From the NCBI GenBank assembly GCA_036828955.1, contig DAISRJ010000006.1:1-62564 (forward strand): a stretch of DNA of 62,564 bases. The letters run 5' to 3'. The stretch comes from Candidatus Dormiibacterota bacterium. GTDB taxonomy: Bacteria; Chloroflexota; Dormibacteria; Aeolococcales; Aeolococcaceae. Under the pieces are notes generated by a model that saw only the letters and a list, made by a program, of their open reading frames with translations, made no database searches and had not been told where the DNA came from. Each line of letters begins with the position of its first letter. Within the stretch, counting starts at the first letter, position 1. This document shows positions 45,856 to 54,460 of the stretch, piece after piece. The translations under genes were made by a program, and so were the position numbers.

Positions 45856-45954
45856 TCCAGCGCATGCGTCCGTCGCGGCCGATCCCGGGTTTCCAAGCAG
45901 ACTCACAGCTTCGCGTCAGGAGTCCGTAAGGCGATCACGGCTACGCTCTCAGCC

Positions 45955-46254
45955 ATGCGGCAGTCATCGTCGGCCGACCGTGACCGCGCCCAACGGCGTG
46001 TCCGTTCGATAACGGTGAGGTCCGCCGTGGCCGCCGGGGCGCTGACGCTTGTCGGTGCCGCCGTGACCGCCGGGACCTTCGCGGGGCGAACCGTCGGCGT
46101 CAATCAATCGATCCAAACGTCGCCAACGCCGGACCCCAACACCGGTCTTCTCCCACCGCTGCAGGCGCCCGGTGACGGGTCCGGCTTTGGTGGTGGCGGC
46201 GGCGGCGGCGGCAACGTGTCGGCCGGCCCTCCTGTCGTCTCCGGGGGGTCGTAA
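45955..46254 (+). CDS. Small membrane-anchored or exported protein ending in VSGGS (putative flavinylation substrate)
   Basis: Basic N-terminus, one hydrophobic helix, Pro/Gly linker and terminal SGGS; stop is 3 nt before the apbE start. Confidence 0.75.
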   Translation: MRQSSSADRDRAQRRVRSITVRSAVAAGALTLVGAAVTAGTFAGRTVGVNQSIQTSPTPDPNTGLLPPLQAPGDGSGFGGGGGGGGNVSAGPPVVSGGS

Positions 46255-46257
46255 CCC

Positions 46258-47181
46258 GTGTTCAGCACAGGGTGGCGCGCCCTGGGAACCACGGTCGTGG
46301 TCGCGGTGACCGACGCCGACGCCCTCGAGGCGGCACGTGACGCGGTTGCCGTCGAGGTCGACGCCCTGGACCGGGCCTGCAGCCGCTTCCGCGACGACTC
46401 CGACCTGACCCGCCTCAACGAAGCCGGCGGGCTCCCCGTGGTCGTGAGCCCGCTCCTCGCAGAGGCGATCCGCGTGGCGCTGCGCGCCGCCCGGCTCACT
46501 GACGGCGACGTCGATCCCACGGTCGGCGGGGCCCTGGAGGCGATCGGCTACGACGTCGACTTCTCGGCCATCGAGCCGGACCGCGCGGACTTCGCCCTCA
46601 AGCACCGGGCAGCCCCGGGGTGGACCAACGTCGTGATCACCGACCTGCCTGCCGTGGTCACCCTGCCTGCGGGGACCGTCCTCGACCTCGGCGCCACCGC
46701 CAAGGCCCTCGGGGCCGACCGCGCCGCCCGCGCCGCTCATGCCGCCACCGCCACCGGCGTGCTCGTCAGCCTGGGGGGCGACATCGCGACAGCGGGACGG
46801 CCACCTGTGGGCGGCTGGCCCGTCCGGGTCACCGATGACCACGCCGCCCATCTCGAGGCGCCGGGCCAGTCGATCACAGTGCACAGCGGAGGCCTGGCGA
46901 CCTCCACAACCACGCTGCGTCGCTGGCAGCGGGGTGGCCTGCCCGTGCACCACATCGTCGATCCCCGCACGGGCGCGCCCGCAGACTCGCCCTACCGCAC
47001 CATCAGCGTCGCCGCCGCCAGCTGTGTCGACGCCAACACGGCGAGCACCGCGGCGATCGTGCGCGGCCGGAGCGGCGCCGACTGGTTGGAGTCAACCGGC
47101 CTGCCCTCGCGGCTGGTGACCCACGATGGCGTGGTCGTGCACCTCAACCGCTGGCCGGTCGCGGCGGAGCTGGCGGCGTGA
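46258..47181 (+). CDS. apbE: FAD:protein FMN transferase (flavin transferase)
   Basis: ALGTTV, SRFRDDSDL, DPTVG, DLGATAKA, SLGGDIA, LATS, HHIVDPRTG and DANTAST motifs. Confidence 0.93.
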   Translation: MFSTGWRALGTTVVVAVTDADALEAARDAVAVEVDALDRACSRFRDDSDLTRLNEAGGLPVVVSPLLAEAIRVALRAARLTDGDVDPTVGGALEAIGYDVDFSAIEPDRADFALKHRAAPGWTNVVITDLPAVVTLPAGTVLDLGATAKALGADRAARAAHAATATGVLVSLGGDIATAGRPPVGGWPVRVTDDHAAHLEAPGQSITVHSGGLATSTTTLRRWQRGGLPVHHIVDPRTGAPADSPYRTISVAAASCVDANTASTAAIVRGRSGADWLESTGLPSRLVTHDGVVVHLNRWPVAAELAA

Positions 47182-48206
47182 TCGCGGCCTCCGGGCCCAC
47201 CGCACTCTGGTACACGGCGCGCAGCACCGGGTACGTGAGCCTGCTGCTGCTCACCGCCATCCTGGTCCTGGGAATCATCACCGCCATGCGCGTGGACAGC
47301 CGGGAGTGGCCGCGCTTCCTGAGCCAGGCGGTGCACCGCAACCTGTCCCTGCTGGTGCTCGTCTTCCTGGCCATCCACATCCTCACCTCGATCATCGACC
47401 CCTTCGCGGGGATCGCGGCGCTCAACACGGTGGTCCCGTTCACCGGCTCGTACCGACCCATCTGGCTGGGGCTTGGCGTGCTCTCGGTGGAACTGATGGT
47501 GGCCTTGACGGTCACCAGCCTCCTGCGTCACCGCATCGGTTTCCGGCTGTGGCGGGTCATCCACTGGGCCGCGTACGCGGCCTGGCCCCTGGCCCTGGTG
47601 CACACCCTCGGCACGGGCAGCGATGTCCGTTCGGCATGGGCGCTCGTCTTGACCCTCGGTTGCGTCGGCGCTGTGGTGTTCACGCTCGTGTGGCGGCTGA
47701 CCAGCGACCGCGCTGCCATGCCGCTGGCGGTCCGCGGGCTCGCCCTGGTGGCCACCGCCGTGACCACCGTCGCCCTTGCCGGCTTCGCGGCCGCCGGGCC
47801 GCTCCACACTGGCTGGGCCAAGTCGGCGGGCACGCCCGGCCGGCTGCTGGTCGCCAACGGCTCCGCCTCACCGGCGGCAACGCCGACACCCGCCCCGGTA
47901 CCCGCGCTGGCGACCAACCTCCGCGATCCCTTGACGGGCACCGTCGTGCAGAACGGTCGCACCGTCCAGGTCGACCTCAGCGATACAGCCAACGCCACGC
48001 TGAAGATGGCCGTCGCCGTCCGCGGCGAGGCGACCAGCGGCCGCCTGGTCATCACCGAGGGCGGGGTCACCGTCTGTGACACGACGGCGTCGGTCGTGCA
48101 GGACGTCGTGGCCACATGCGGGCGCACCTCTGTCGACATCAGCCTGGGCCAGCAGCCTGACGGCTCGATCACGGGTCAGCTCGTGACCGGCGTGGCCGCT
48201 CCGTGA
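47178..48206 (+). CDS. Ferric-reductase-like (MsrQ-like) heme b membrane protein with C-terminal extracytoplasmic extension
   Basis: LWY.ARSTG, HRNL, H (IHIL), WRVIHW.AY..W..ALVH (heme His residues); GWAKSAG then a Pro-rich linker. Confidence 0.88.
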   Translation: MIAASGPTALWYTARSTGYVSLLLLTAILVLGIITAMRVDSREWPRFLSQAVHRNLSLLVLVFLAIHILTSIIDPFAGIAALNTVVPFTGSYRPIWLGLGVLSVELMVALTVTSLLRHRIGFRLWRVIHWAAYAAWPLALVHTLGTGSDVRSAWALVLTLGCVGAVVFTLVWRLTSDRAAMPLAVRGLALVATAVTTVALAGFAAAGPLHTGWAKSAGTPGRLLVANGSASPAATPTPAPVPALATNLRDPLTGTVVQNGRTVQVDLSDTANATLKMAVAVRGEATSGRLVITEGGVTVCDTTASVVQDVVATCGRTSVDISLGQQPDGSITGQLVTGVAAP

Positions 48207-49459
48207 TCGCCCCGGCGGAGACGCTGCGCCTCCTCGACGGCCCGCTGCCGGCAGACGGCGCCGAGTCCCTGCAGTCGCACCTCGCCCGCCTCGGCCCGCG
48301 ACCATCCCACAGCGGCGGCGCGTTCATCGATATCGTCGACCGGGCCGGACTGCGGGGGCGGGGCGGCGCCGGCTTCCCCACCGCGACCAAGTGGGCGGCG
48401 ACGCGCGACCGGTCGCGTGGCAACGCCATCGTGGTCGCCAACGGAGCCGAGACCGAGCCGATGAGTGCCAAGGACCGGGCGCTCATGACCACCCGCCCAC
48501 ACCTGGTCCTCGACGGCCTGCTCCTCGCCGCCGAGGCCGTGGCCGCCAAGCGCGCCGTCGTCTACATCTCCAGGGCGCACGACGACGCGGCGGCGGCCGT
48601 GACCGCGGCCATCGACGAGCGCCGCGCGGCCAGGGACCTCCCTGTGCCGATCACGCTGGCACGAGCCCCGCACCGCTATGTCGCCGGTGAGGAGTCGGCG
48701 GCGATCGCCCACCTCAACGGGGGCGCGGCGCGGCCGACCATGGTGCCGCCGCGTCCGTTCGAACGAGGGGTGGACGGGAGGCCGACCGTCGTCAACAACG
48801 TCGAGACGCTCGCCCACGCGGCACTCATCGCCCGCCACGGTCCCGAGATGTATCAGCGCCTGGGAGCCGATGGGGCCACCGGCACGGTGCTGGTCACGAT
48901 GGCGTCGGCCGTCCACAGCCCCGGTGTCCACGAGCTGCCCGGGGGCTCCACCGTGGCCCAGGCGATCGGCGCCGCCGGCGGGGCCACCGCCTCGGTGGCT
49001 GCGGTGCTGGTCGGCGGCTACTTCGGTCGATGGGTCGCCGCTGAGGACGCCTGGGACCTGCGTCTGGGCATCGACGTGCCCCTCGGAGCCGGGGTCATCG
49101 CGGTGTTTCCACACGGCCGCTGCGGGGTCACCCAGACGGCTGCACTGATGGGTTTCCTGGCACGGGAGAGCGCCCGCCAGTGCGGACCGTGCGAGCATGG
49201 ACTGGCCGCCCTCGCGGGGACCACCGCTGAGCTGGCGGCCGGGAGGGCGAAGCCGCGCGACGCCGACCGCCTCAACCGCTGGATCGAACAGATCGCCGGG
49301 CGCGGCGCCTGCCACCACCCCGACGGCGCCCTCGCGCTCCTCGCCAGCGGGCTGCGCGTCTTTGCCGGCGACGTGTCGACCCACCTTCGTCGGGGCCGCT
49401 GCGACCGCGACCCCGCGCTGCTGCTGCCCGCGCCGGATTGGACGGGGAGGCGCGGATGA
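48203..49459 (+). CDS. NuoF-like FMN/NADH-binding Fe-S protein
   Basis: LRGRGGAGFP, NGAETEP...KD, YVAGEESA, NNVETLA, GGYFG, ESARQCGPC and GACHHPDG motifs. Confidence 0.9.
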   Translation: MIAPAETLRLLDGPLPADGAESLQSHLARLGPRPSHSGGAFIDIVDRAGLRGRGGAGFPTATKWAATRDRSRGNAIVVANGAETEPMSAKDRALMTTRPHLVLDGLLLAAEAVAAKRAVVYISRAHDDAAAAVTAAIDERRAARDLPVPITLARAPHRYVAGEESAAIAHLNGGAARPTMVPPRPFERGVDGRPTVVNNVETLAHAALIARHGPEMYQRLGADGATGTVLVTMASAVHSPGVHELPGGSTVAQAIGAAGGATASVAAVLVGGYFGRWVAAEDAWDLRLGIDVPLGAGVIAVFPHGRCGVTQTAALMGFLARESARQCGPCEHGLAALAGTTAELAAGRAKPRDADRLNRWIEQIAGRGACHHPDGALALLASGLRVFAGDVSTHLRRGRCDRDPALLLPAPDWTGRRG

Positions 49460-49668
49460 TCCGCCTGCGGGTCAACCCCATCCGTTGCGACGGTTTCGGC
49501 ATGTGCGCCGAGCTGCTCCCGGAACGGCTCACCCTCGATGACTGGGGCTACCCCATCGTGGACGGACGGCCGCTCAGCCCCGAGCTGGTCGCACTGGCGC
49601 GGCGTGCCGTGGCCGCGTGCCCGACCGCGGCACTTCGTCTCGCCGAGGAGGCTGAGCCTCACCGCTGA
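49456..49668 (+). CDS. Ferredoxin (actinobacterial 3Fe-4S/4Fe-4S type)
   Basis: C-D-G-F-G-M-C...DDWGYP...ACPTAAL. Confidence 0.9.
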   Translation: MIRLRVNPIRCDGFGMCAELLPERLTLDDWGYPIVDGRPLSPELVALARRAVAACPTAALRLAEEAEPHR

Positions 49669-49681
49669 GGTCGGAGCCGGT

Positions 49682-52288
49682 TCAGCTTCTCGTCGGGGTC
49701 GTGGCGGCCTTGCCGAGGATGCCGTCGACCATGGCCAGGAACTCGGTGACCTTGGCGGGTTTGGTGAGGTAGGCGACCGCGCCCGCGGCGAGCAGGCGCT
49801 GGACCTCGCGTTCGGTGGCGTCGGCGCTGTACATGACGACCGGTATGGCGGCCGTGCGCGGATCGGCGCGCAGGCGACCGATCACCTCGGCGCCGTCGAG
49901 GTCGGGGAGGTGGAGGTCGAGAACGATGAGCTCCGGGAGATGCTCGCGCGCCAGCTCCACGGCAATGCTGCCCTGCATGGCGGTGAGAAGGCGGATGGTC
50001 GGGCGCAGAGCGAACACGGACTCCACGAGTGCGATCGTGGCGAGGTTGTCCTCGACGACCAGGACGGTGTGCTCGGCGACGGCGTCCGCCAGCACCGAGG
50101 GCGCCCTGGCCGGGACGACCAGGGGCCTGTCGGTGCCCGTCGCCTGCTGAAGGCGCACCGTGAACGCGGCCCCCTCGCCGCGCACGCTGCGGGCCTCGAG
50201 GCTGCCGCCCATGCCCACGGCGAGCTGCCGCGACAGCGCCAGCCCGAGGCCTGTTCCCGGGACGTGGCCGCGCTCCGCGCCGAGCCGCTCGAACGGCTGG
50301 AAGAGACGCGCGGCGTAACCCTCCTCGAGGCCGGGGCCGTCGTCGATGACGTCGATGTCGACGAAGCCATCCCGGGCAGCGGCGCCGACGATGACGTGCC
50401 CGCCCTCCGCGCCGTACTTGATGGCGTTGCTGAGCAGGTTCAGGAGCACCTGGACGAGGCGCTGGCGGTCGGCGCGCACGTAGATGTCGCCGGAGCCGTC
50501 GAGGCGGGTGGTGATTGTCACGCGGCGGGCGGCGGCCGCGTGCCCGACCAGGCCGACGCACTCCTCGAGGACGGAGCTGACGTCGACCGGCTGCAGAGAG
50601 AGCGACTCCCGGCCGGCATCGATGCGGGCGATGTCCAGGACGTCGTTGACCATTCCCAGGAGGTGTGCGCCGGCGCGCTGGATGGCGTCGATGGCCACCA
50701 TCTGGTCCTCACGCGGAGCGCGCATCTCGAGCAGGTCGCTGAAGCCGAGCATCGCCGCCAGCGGAGTGCGCAGCTCATGGCTCATCCGAGACAGGTACTG
50801 GCTCTTGGCATTGCTGGCCAGCTCCGCGGCGTCTCGAGCGCGGCGAAGCTCGTCGGCCACGCGGTTCTCGTCGCTGATGTCGCGGTTGATCTCCAGCACC
50901 GTGACGGGCGCCCCGTTCGCATCCCGGCGCAGGGCCCAGCGGGCGCTGATGGGGAGCGTGCGCCCGTCCTTGGTCCGCTGGACCAGCTTGCCCTCCCAGT
51001 GGTCGTTCCTCAGGAGGTCGGTCAGGATCAGGTCGACCGGGACGGGATATTGCGTGTGGAGCAGGTCCTGCGCGTCGGACCCGAGGGCTTCGGCCGCGCT
51101 GAATCCGTAGAGCTCGGACGCGGCCTTGTTCCAGTACTGGTTTTGGCGAGAGGCGAAGTCCCAGCTGAAGATGGCGTCGTGGGCGAGGTCGAGCAGCTCG
51201 GCGTTGCGGCGCACCCCACCCACCAGGTGGACGCGGTCCAGTGCGACCGTGATCGACGCCGCGTACTGGCTGAGCCTGGCCAGCTCCTCATCCCCGAACA
51301 GCGGGGTGAACGGACCGCCGAGCACGGCCAGGTACCCGGTGCCGGCCTCGGAATGGATCGGCGCCACGGCGATCGTCCCCAGCGAAGTGTTGAACGCAAG
51401 GCCCGGCGACTCGGTGATGCCGTCGATGTCGATGTGGAGTTGACCGACGGCAGCGGCTGCGATGCCCGACGCCGCGAGAACCCGACCGTCGAGCGCGATC
51501 AGCGCCCCCGCGCCGCCGAGAAGGCGGGCCGCCCACTCCGACGCGCGCTCGGCGAGAGTCGCTTCATCAGGGGAGTACAGCAGCAGCTGGCTGATGGCCA
51601 GACGCAGCTGCACCTCCTCGCGTTCGCGCCAGATGCGACGCAGCCAGACCGGCGGCGAAAGAGCAATCCCCAGCAGGGGAATGCTCACCAGGACGACGCT
51701 GTCGATGGCGAGGTCAGCCGCTGTGCCGGACGCAGCCACGGCGGCCACGCCGGCACCGAGGAGGGCCAGCACGATCCCGGTGAACCCCGCGTTCAGCGCG
51801 CGAAGCCGGGCGCGCTGCACGGAGGGCAACGCGCCCGACACCCGCCACAGCTTCACGATCGACTCGCCCACCACGGCGCACCACGCCAGGACGAGGATGA
51901 GGTCGGCGGTGAGGGCGAGGTGAACCGGGCGCGACGTCGCTTCGCCGAGGTTGGCGACGATGGCGGCGGCCGTGGCCAGGATCACGGCGCCTGTCCACAG
52001 TCCAAGGGCGCGGCGCCCGACCGTGATCAGGCTGTGACGGAAGAGGAGAAACGCGTACGCCGACCCCATGAGCAGCGCGAGGCTGATCACCGTGACCGGC
52101 ATCCACGCGGTGCCCGCGGCCTTGGTGACCTGCCCGAGAACCGCGAGGAGCCCGAAGAGTCCGACCGCGAGCGCCAGGTACAGGCGGCTGCGTCCGCGGT
52201 GCCGCAACCAGGAGACGAGGGTGAGCAGACCAAGCATCGCGAGCCCGGCTGACACCGCCCATTGCAGTACCGCGAGTGCCTGGGTCAC
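49682..52288 (-). CDS. Hybrid sensor histidine kinase (multi-TM sensor, GAF-like, PAS, HisKA, HATPase, receiver)
   Basis: SHELRTPL H-box, N/G1/F/G2 boxes, PAS (YWNKAAS.LYG...W.G) and receiver (VEDN, LDLHLPD, KP). Start inferred at GTG 52288. Confidence 0.92.
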   Translation of the reverse strand: MTQALAVLQWAVSAGLAMLGLLTLVSWLRHRGRSRLYLALAVGLFGLLAVLGQVTKAAGTAWMPVTVISLALLMGSAYAFLLFRHSLITVGRRALGLWTGAVILATAAAIVANLGEATSRPVHLALTADLILVLAWCAVVGESIVKLWRVSGALPSVQRARLRALNAGFTGIVLALLGAGVAAVAASGTAADLAIDSVVLVSIPLLGIALSPPVWLRRIWREREEVQLRLAISQLLLYSPDEATLAERASEWAARLLGGAGALIALDGRVLAASGIAAAAVGQLHIDIDGITESPGLAFNTSLGTIAVAPIHSEAGTGYLAVLGGPFTPLFGDEELARLSQYAASITVALDRVHLVGGVRRNAELLDLAHDAIFSWDFASRQNQYWNKAASELYGFSAAEALGSDAQDLLHTQYPVPVDLILTDLLRNDHWEGKLVQRTKDGRTLPISARWALRRDANGAPVTVLEINRDISDENRVADELRRARDAAELASNAKSQYLSRMSHELRTPLAAMLGFSDLLEMRAPREDQMVAIDAIQRAGAHLLGMVNDVLDIARIDAGRESLSLQPVDVSSVLEECVGLVGHAAAARRVTITTRLDGSGDIYVRADRQRLVQVLLNLLSNAIKYGAEGGHVIVGAAARDGFVDIDVIDDGPGLEEGYAARLFQPFERLGAERGHVPGTGLGLALSRQLAVGMGGSLEARSVRGEGAAFTVRLQQATGTDRPLVVPARAPSVLADAVAEHTVLVVEDNLATIALVESVFALRPTIRLLTAMQGSIAVELAREHLPELIVLDLHLPDLDGAEVIGRLRADPRTAAIPVVMYSADATEREVQRLLAAGAVAYLTKPAKVTEFLAMVDGILGKAATTPTRS

Positions 52289-52415
52289 AGGCCGAGTATG
52301 ACGACGGTGTTCCACAGTGAATGCCGGCTGTTTCCGTTCCGCCACCGCCGTCGATTGCGGACGTCGACGCAGGCCGGTGGTCCGCGGCCACACCTGCGGG
52401 GAGACAATCATCCCG

Positions 52416-53030
52416 GTGCCTCACTACTTCGACACCGACCCGCTGGCGCCCTCGCATCCGCGCGAGGTGGTGCTGAGGCTGCCCGAGACCACGGTGCGAC
52501 TGCACAGTGACGCAGGGGTCTTCGGACGCGGCGCCGTGGACAGCGGAACCATGTTCCTCTTGCGGCGCGCGCCCTCGCCTCCCCTCGACGGCGACATCCT
52601 CGACCTGGGAACGGGGTACGGCGCGATCGCGGTCACGCTCGGGCTGCGGTCCCCAAAGGCCCGGGTGTGGGCCGTCGACATCAATCGCCGCGCCCTCGAG
52701 CTGACCGCGCGCAATGCGGCGCGAGCCGGGGTGGACAACGTGGTCGCGTCGACGCCCGATGAGGTTCCGGGCAGCGTGCGCTTCGCCGCCATCTACTCCA
52801 ACCCGCCGGTGCGCATCGGCCTTGCCCTGCTTCATCCGCTGCTCACGGCATGGCTCGACCGGCTCCATCCGGGCGCGGTCGCGCACCTGGTGGTGCATCG
52901 CCACCTCGGGTCGGATTCGCTGGCGCGGTGGCTGGCCGCCCAGGGCTTCGGGGTGGAGCGGGTCGCCTCTCACGACGGCTACCGGATCCTGTCCGTGCGC
53001 CCCCGCCCGGTGGTGGGGGATGATCGCTGA
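52416..53030 (+). CDS. Small class I SAM methyltransferase (MTS/RsmC-like)
   Basis: HYF, GVF...VDSGT, LDLGTGYG, AVDINRRA and SNPPVRIG motifs. Confidence 0.88.
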   Translation: MPHYFDTDPLAPSHPREVVLRLPETTVRLHSDAGVFGRGAVDSGTMFLLRRAPSPPLDGDILDLGTGYGAIAVTLGLRSPKARVWAVDINRRALELTARNAARAGVDNVVASTPDEVPGSVRFAAIYSNPPVRIGLALLHPLLTAWLDRLHPGAVAHLVVHRHLGSDSLARWLAAQGFGVERVASHDGYRILSVRPRPVVGDDR

Positions 53031-53888
53031 ATGGTCATGCCTGTGTCCGATGCCGCCCTCGGGATCATCCGCATCGACATCGACCCGGTGATCCACCTGG
53101 GCAGCCTGTCGGTGCACTGGTACGGCGTCATGTACGCCCTGGCCTTCCTGGTGGCCTTCCGCTACGGGGTGCTGCCCCACCTGGTGCCGCGCGGTGTGGA
53201 CCGCGGCACGGCGGAGCGCGGCCTGATCTGGACGATCATCTTCGGGCTGCTGGGAGCGCGTCTGTACTACGTGGTCCAGCAACCGAACCTCGGTGACTAC
53301 CTCCACGACCCGGTACGCATCATCGCCGTCTGGGAGGGGGGCATGGCCTTCTTCGGCGCCATCATCGCGGGGCTCGCCACGGTCACTGTGTTCGCGTGGC
53401 GCAACCGTTTGTCCACATGGCTGATGTGGGACGCGGCGGTGATCTTTGCGGTCGTCGGTCAGCCGATCGGCCGCATCGGCAACGTCATCAACGGCGACAT
53501 CCTCGGGGCGGCGAGCACGCTGCCCTGGGCCACCGCGTACGTCAACCCCCACGCGGTCCTGCAGACCGGGTTTCAGCTCTGCACGACGTCCAGCTGCACC
53601 GCGTACCAGCCCGCGGCGGTGTACGAGGCCATCGGCACCATCCTCATCGGGGTGATCCTCTTCGCGCTGCGCCGCCGCGGAGTGCGCAACGGCGCACTCG
53701 CCGTGGCCTACATTCCCCTCTATGCGGTCAGCCAGCTCATCCTCTTCCAGTTCCGTGCCAGCGAGCCCGTTCTCGGCCTCGGCCTGCACCAGGCGCAGTG
53801 GACGGCGCTGGTGATCCTTCTCGTGGTGGCCCCGCTGGTGTTCTTCGCCTGGCGCCGCCATCTCGACACCGTGGCGGCCCCGGCGTGA
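53031..53888 (+). CDS. lgt: Prolipoprotein diacylglyceryl transferase
   Basis: IDPV..G.L.V.WYG, GARLYY, WEGGMAF.G, GRIGNVING and YE motifs. Confidence 0.93.
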   Translation: MVMPVSDAALGIIRIDIDPVIHLGSLSVHWYGVMYALAFLVAFRYGVLPHLVPRGVDRGTAERGLIWTIIFGLLGARLYYVVQQPNLGDYLHDPVRIIAVWEGGMAFFGAIIAGLATVTVFAWRNRLSTWLMWDAAVIFAVVGQPIGRIGNVINGDILGAASTLPWATAYVNPHAVLQTGFQLCTTSSCTAYQPAAVYEAIGTILIGVILFALRRRGVRNGALAVAYIPLYAVSQLILFQFRASEPVLGLGLHQAQWTALVILLVVAPLVFFAWRRHLDTVAAPA

Positions 53889-54445
53889 TCGGCAACGACA
53901 CCCTGGCGTCCGTGGTCGACCTGCTCTTCACCATCCTCGAGCTTCTCGTGTTCGCCCGAGTGATGCTGTCGTGGCTGCCGATCAGCCCGTGGAACCCGAT
54001 CGCGCGATGGCTGGTGCGCATCGCCGACCCCATCCTGCGCCCCTTCCGGCGCGTGCTCCCGGCCTTCAGCGGCGTCGATTTCTCTCCGTTGCTCGCGCTG
54101 GCGGTGCTCTACGTGCTTCAGCAGGTGGCCCATTCGCTGCTGACCGTCGGCACTGTGTCACCCGGGCTTGCCGTGCTCGAGGTGGTGCGCCAGGTCGTGC
54201 TCGGGATCATCGTGTTCTTCTGCATCGTCCTCTTCGCCCGGCTGCTGTTCTCGCTGTTCCACGCCGATCCCTGGCACCCCATCGTGGTGATGGTGCGACG
54301 CTTCACGGACCCGCTGGTGCGCCCCTTCGCGGGCCTGGTCCCGCGCGGCGCTGCAATGGACGGCGGTGCCGCGATCGCCTTCCTGGTGTTCCTTGTGCTG
54401 TTCTTTGTCGGACGCGCGTTGTTCGACGCCGTCGGCACGTTCTGA
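53885..54445 (+). CDS. yggT: YggT-family membrane protein (two repeats)
   Basis: Two R..SW...NP/HP.....DP..RPF...D units. Confidence 0.88.
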   Translation: MIGNDTLASVVDLLFTILELLVFARVMLSWLPISPWNPIARWLVRIADPILRPFRRVLPAFSGVDFSPLLALAVLYVLQQVAHSLLTVGTVSPGLAVLEVVRQVVLGIIVFFCIVLFARLLFSLFHADPWHPIVVMVRRFTDPLVRPFAGLVPRGAAMDGGAAIAFLVFLVLFFVGRALFDAVGTF

Positions 54446-54460
54446 GCGTCGGTCGGCGCC

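Noticed and set aside
45896-45925. CAG-ending direct-repeat-like sequence upstream of the apbE operon (possible OmpR-type site)
   Set aside because: The repeat is too degenerate to support a call.
53885-54445. Tandem duplication of the YggT domain
   Set aside because: Two-repeat YggT proteins are common (E. coli YggT is of this length), so it is not novel.
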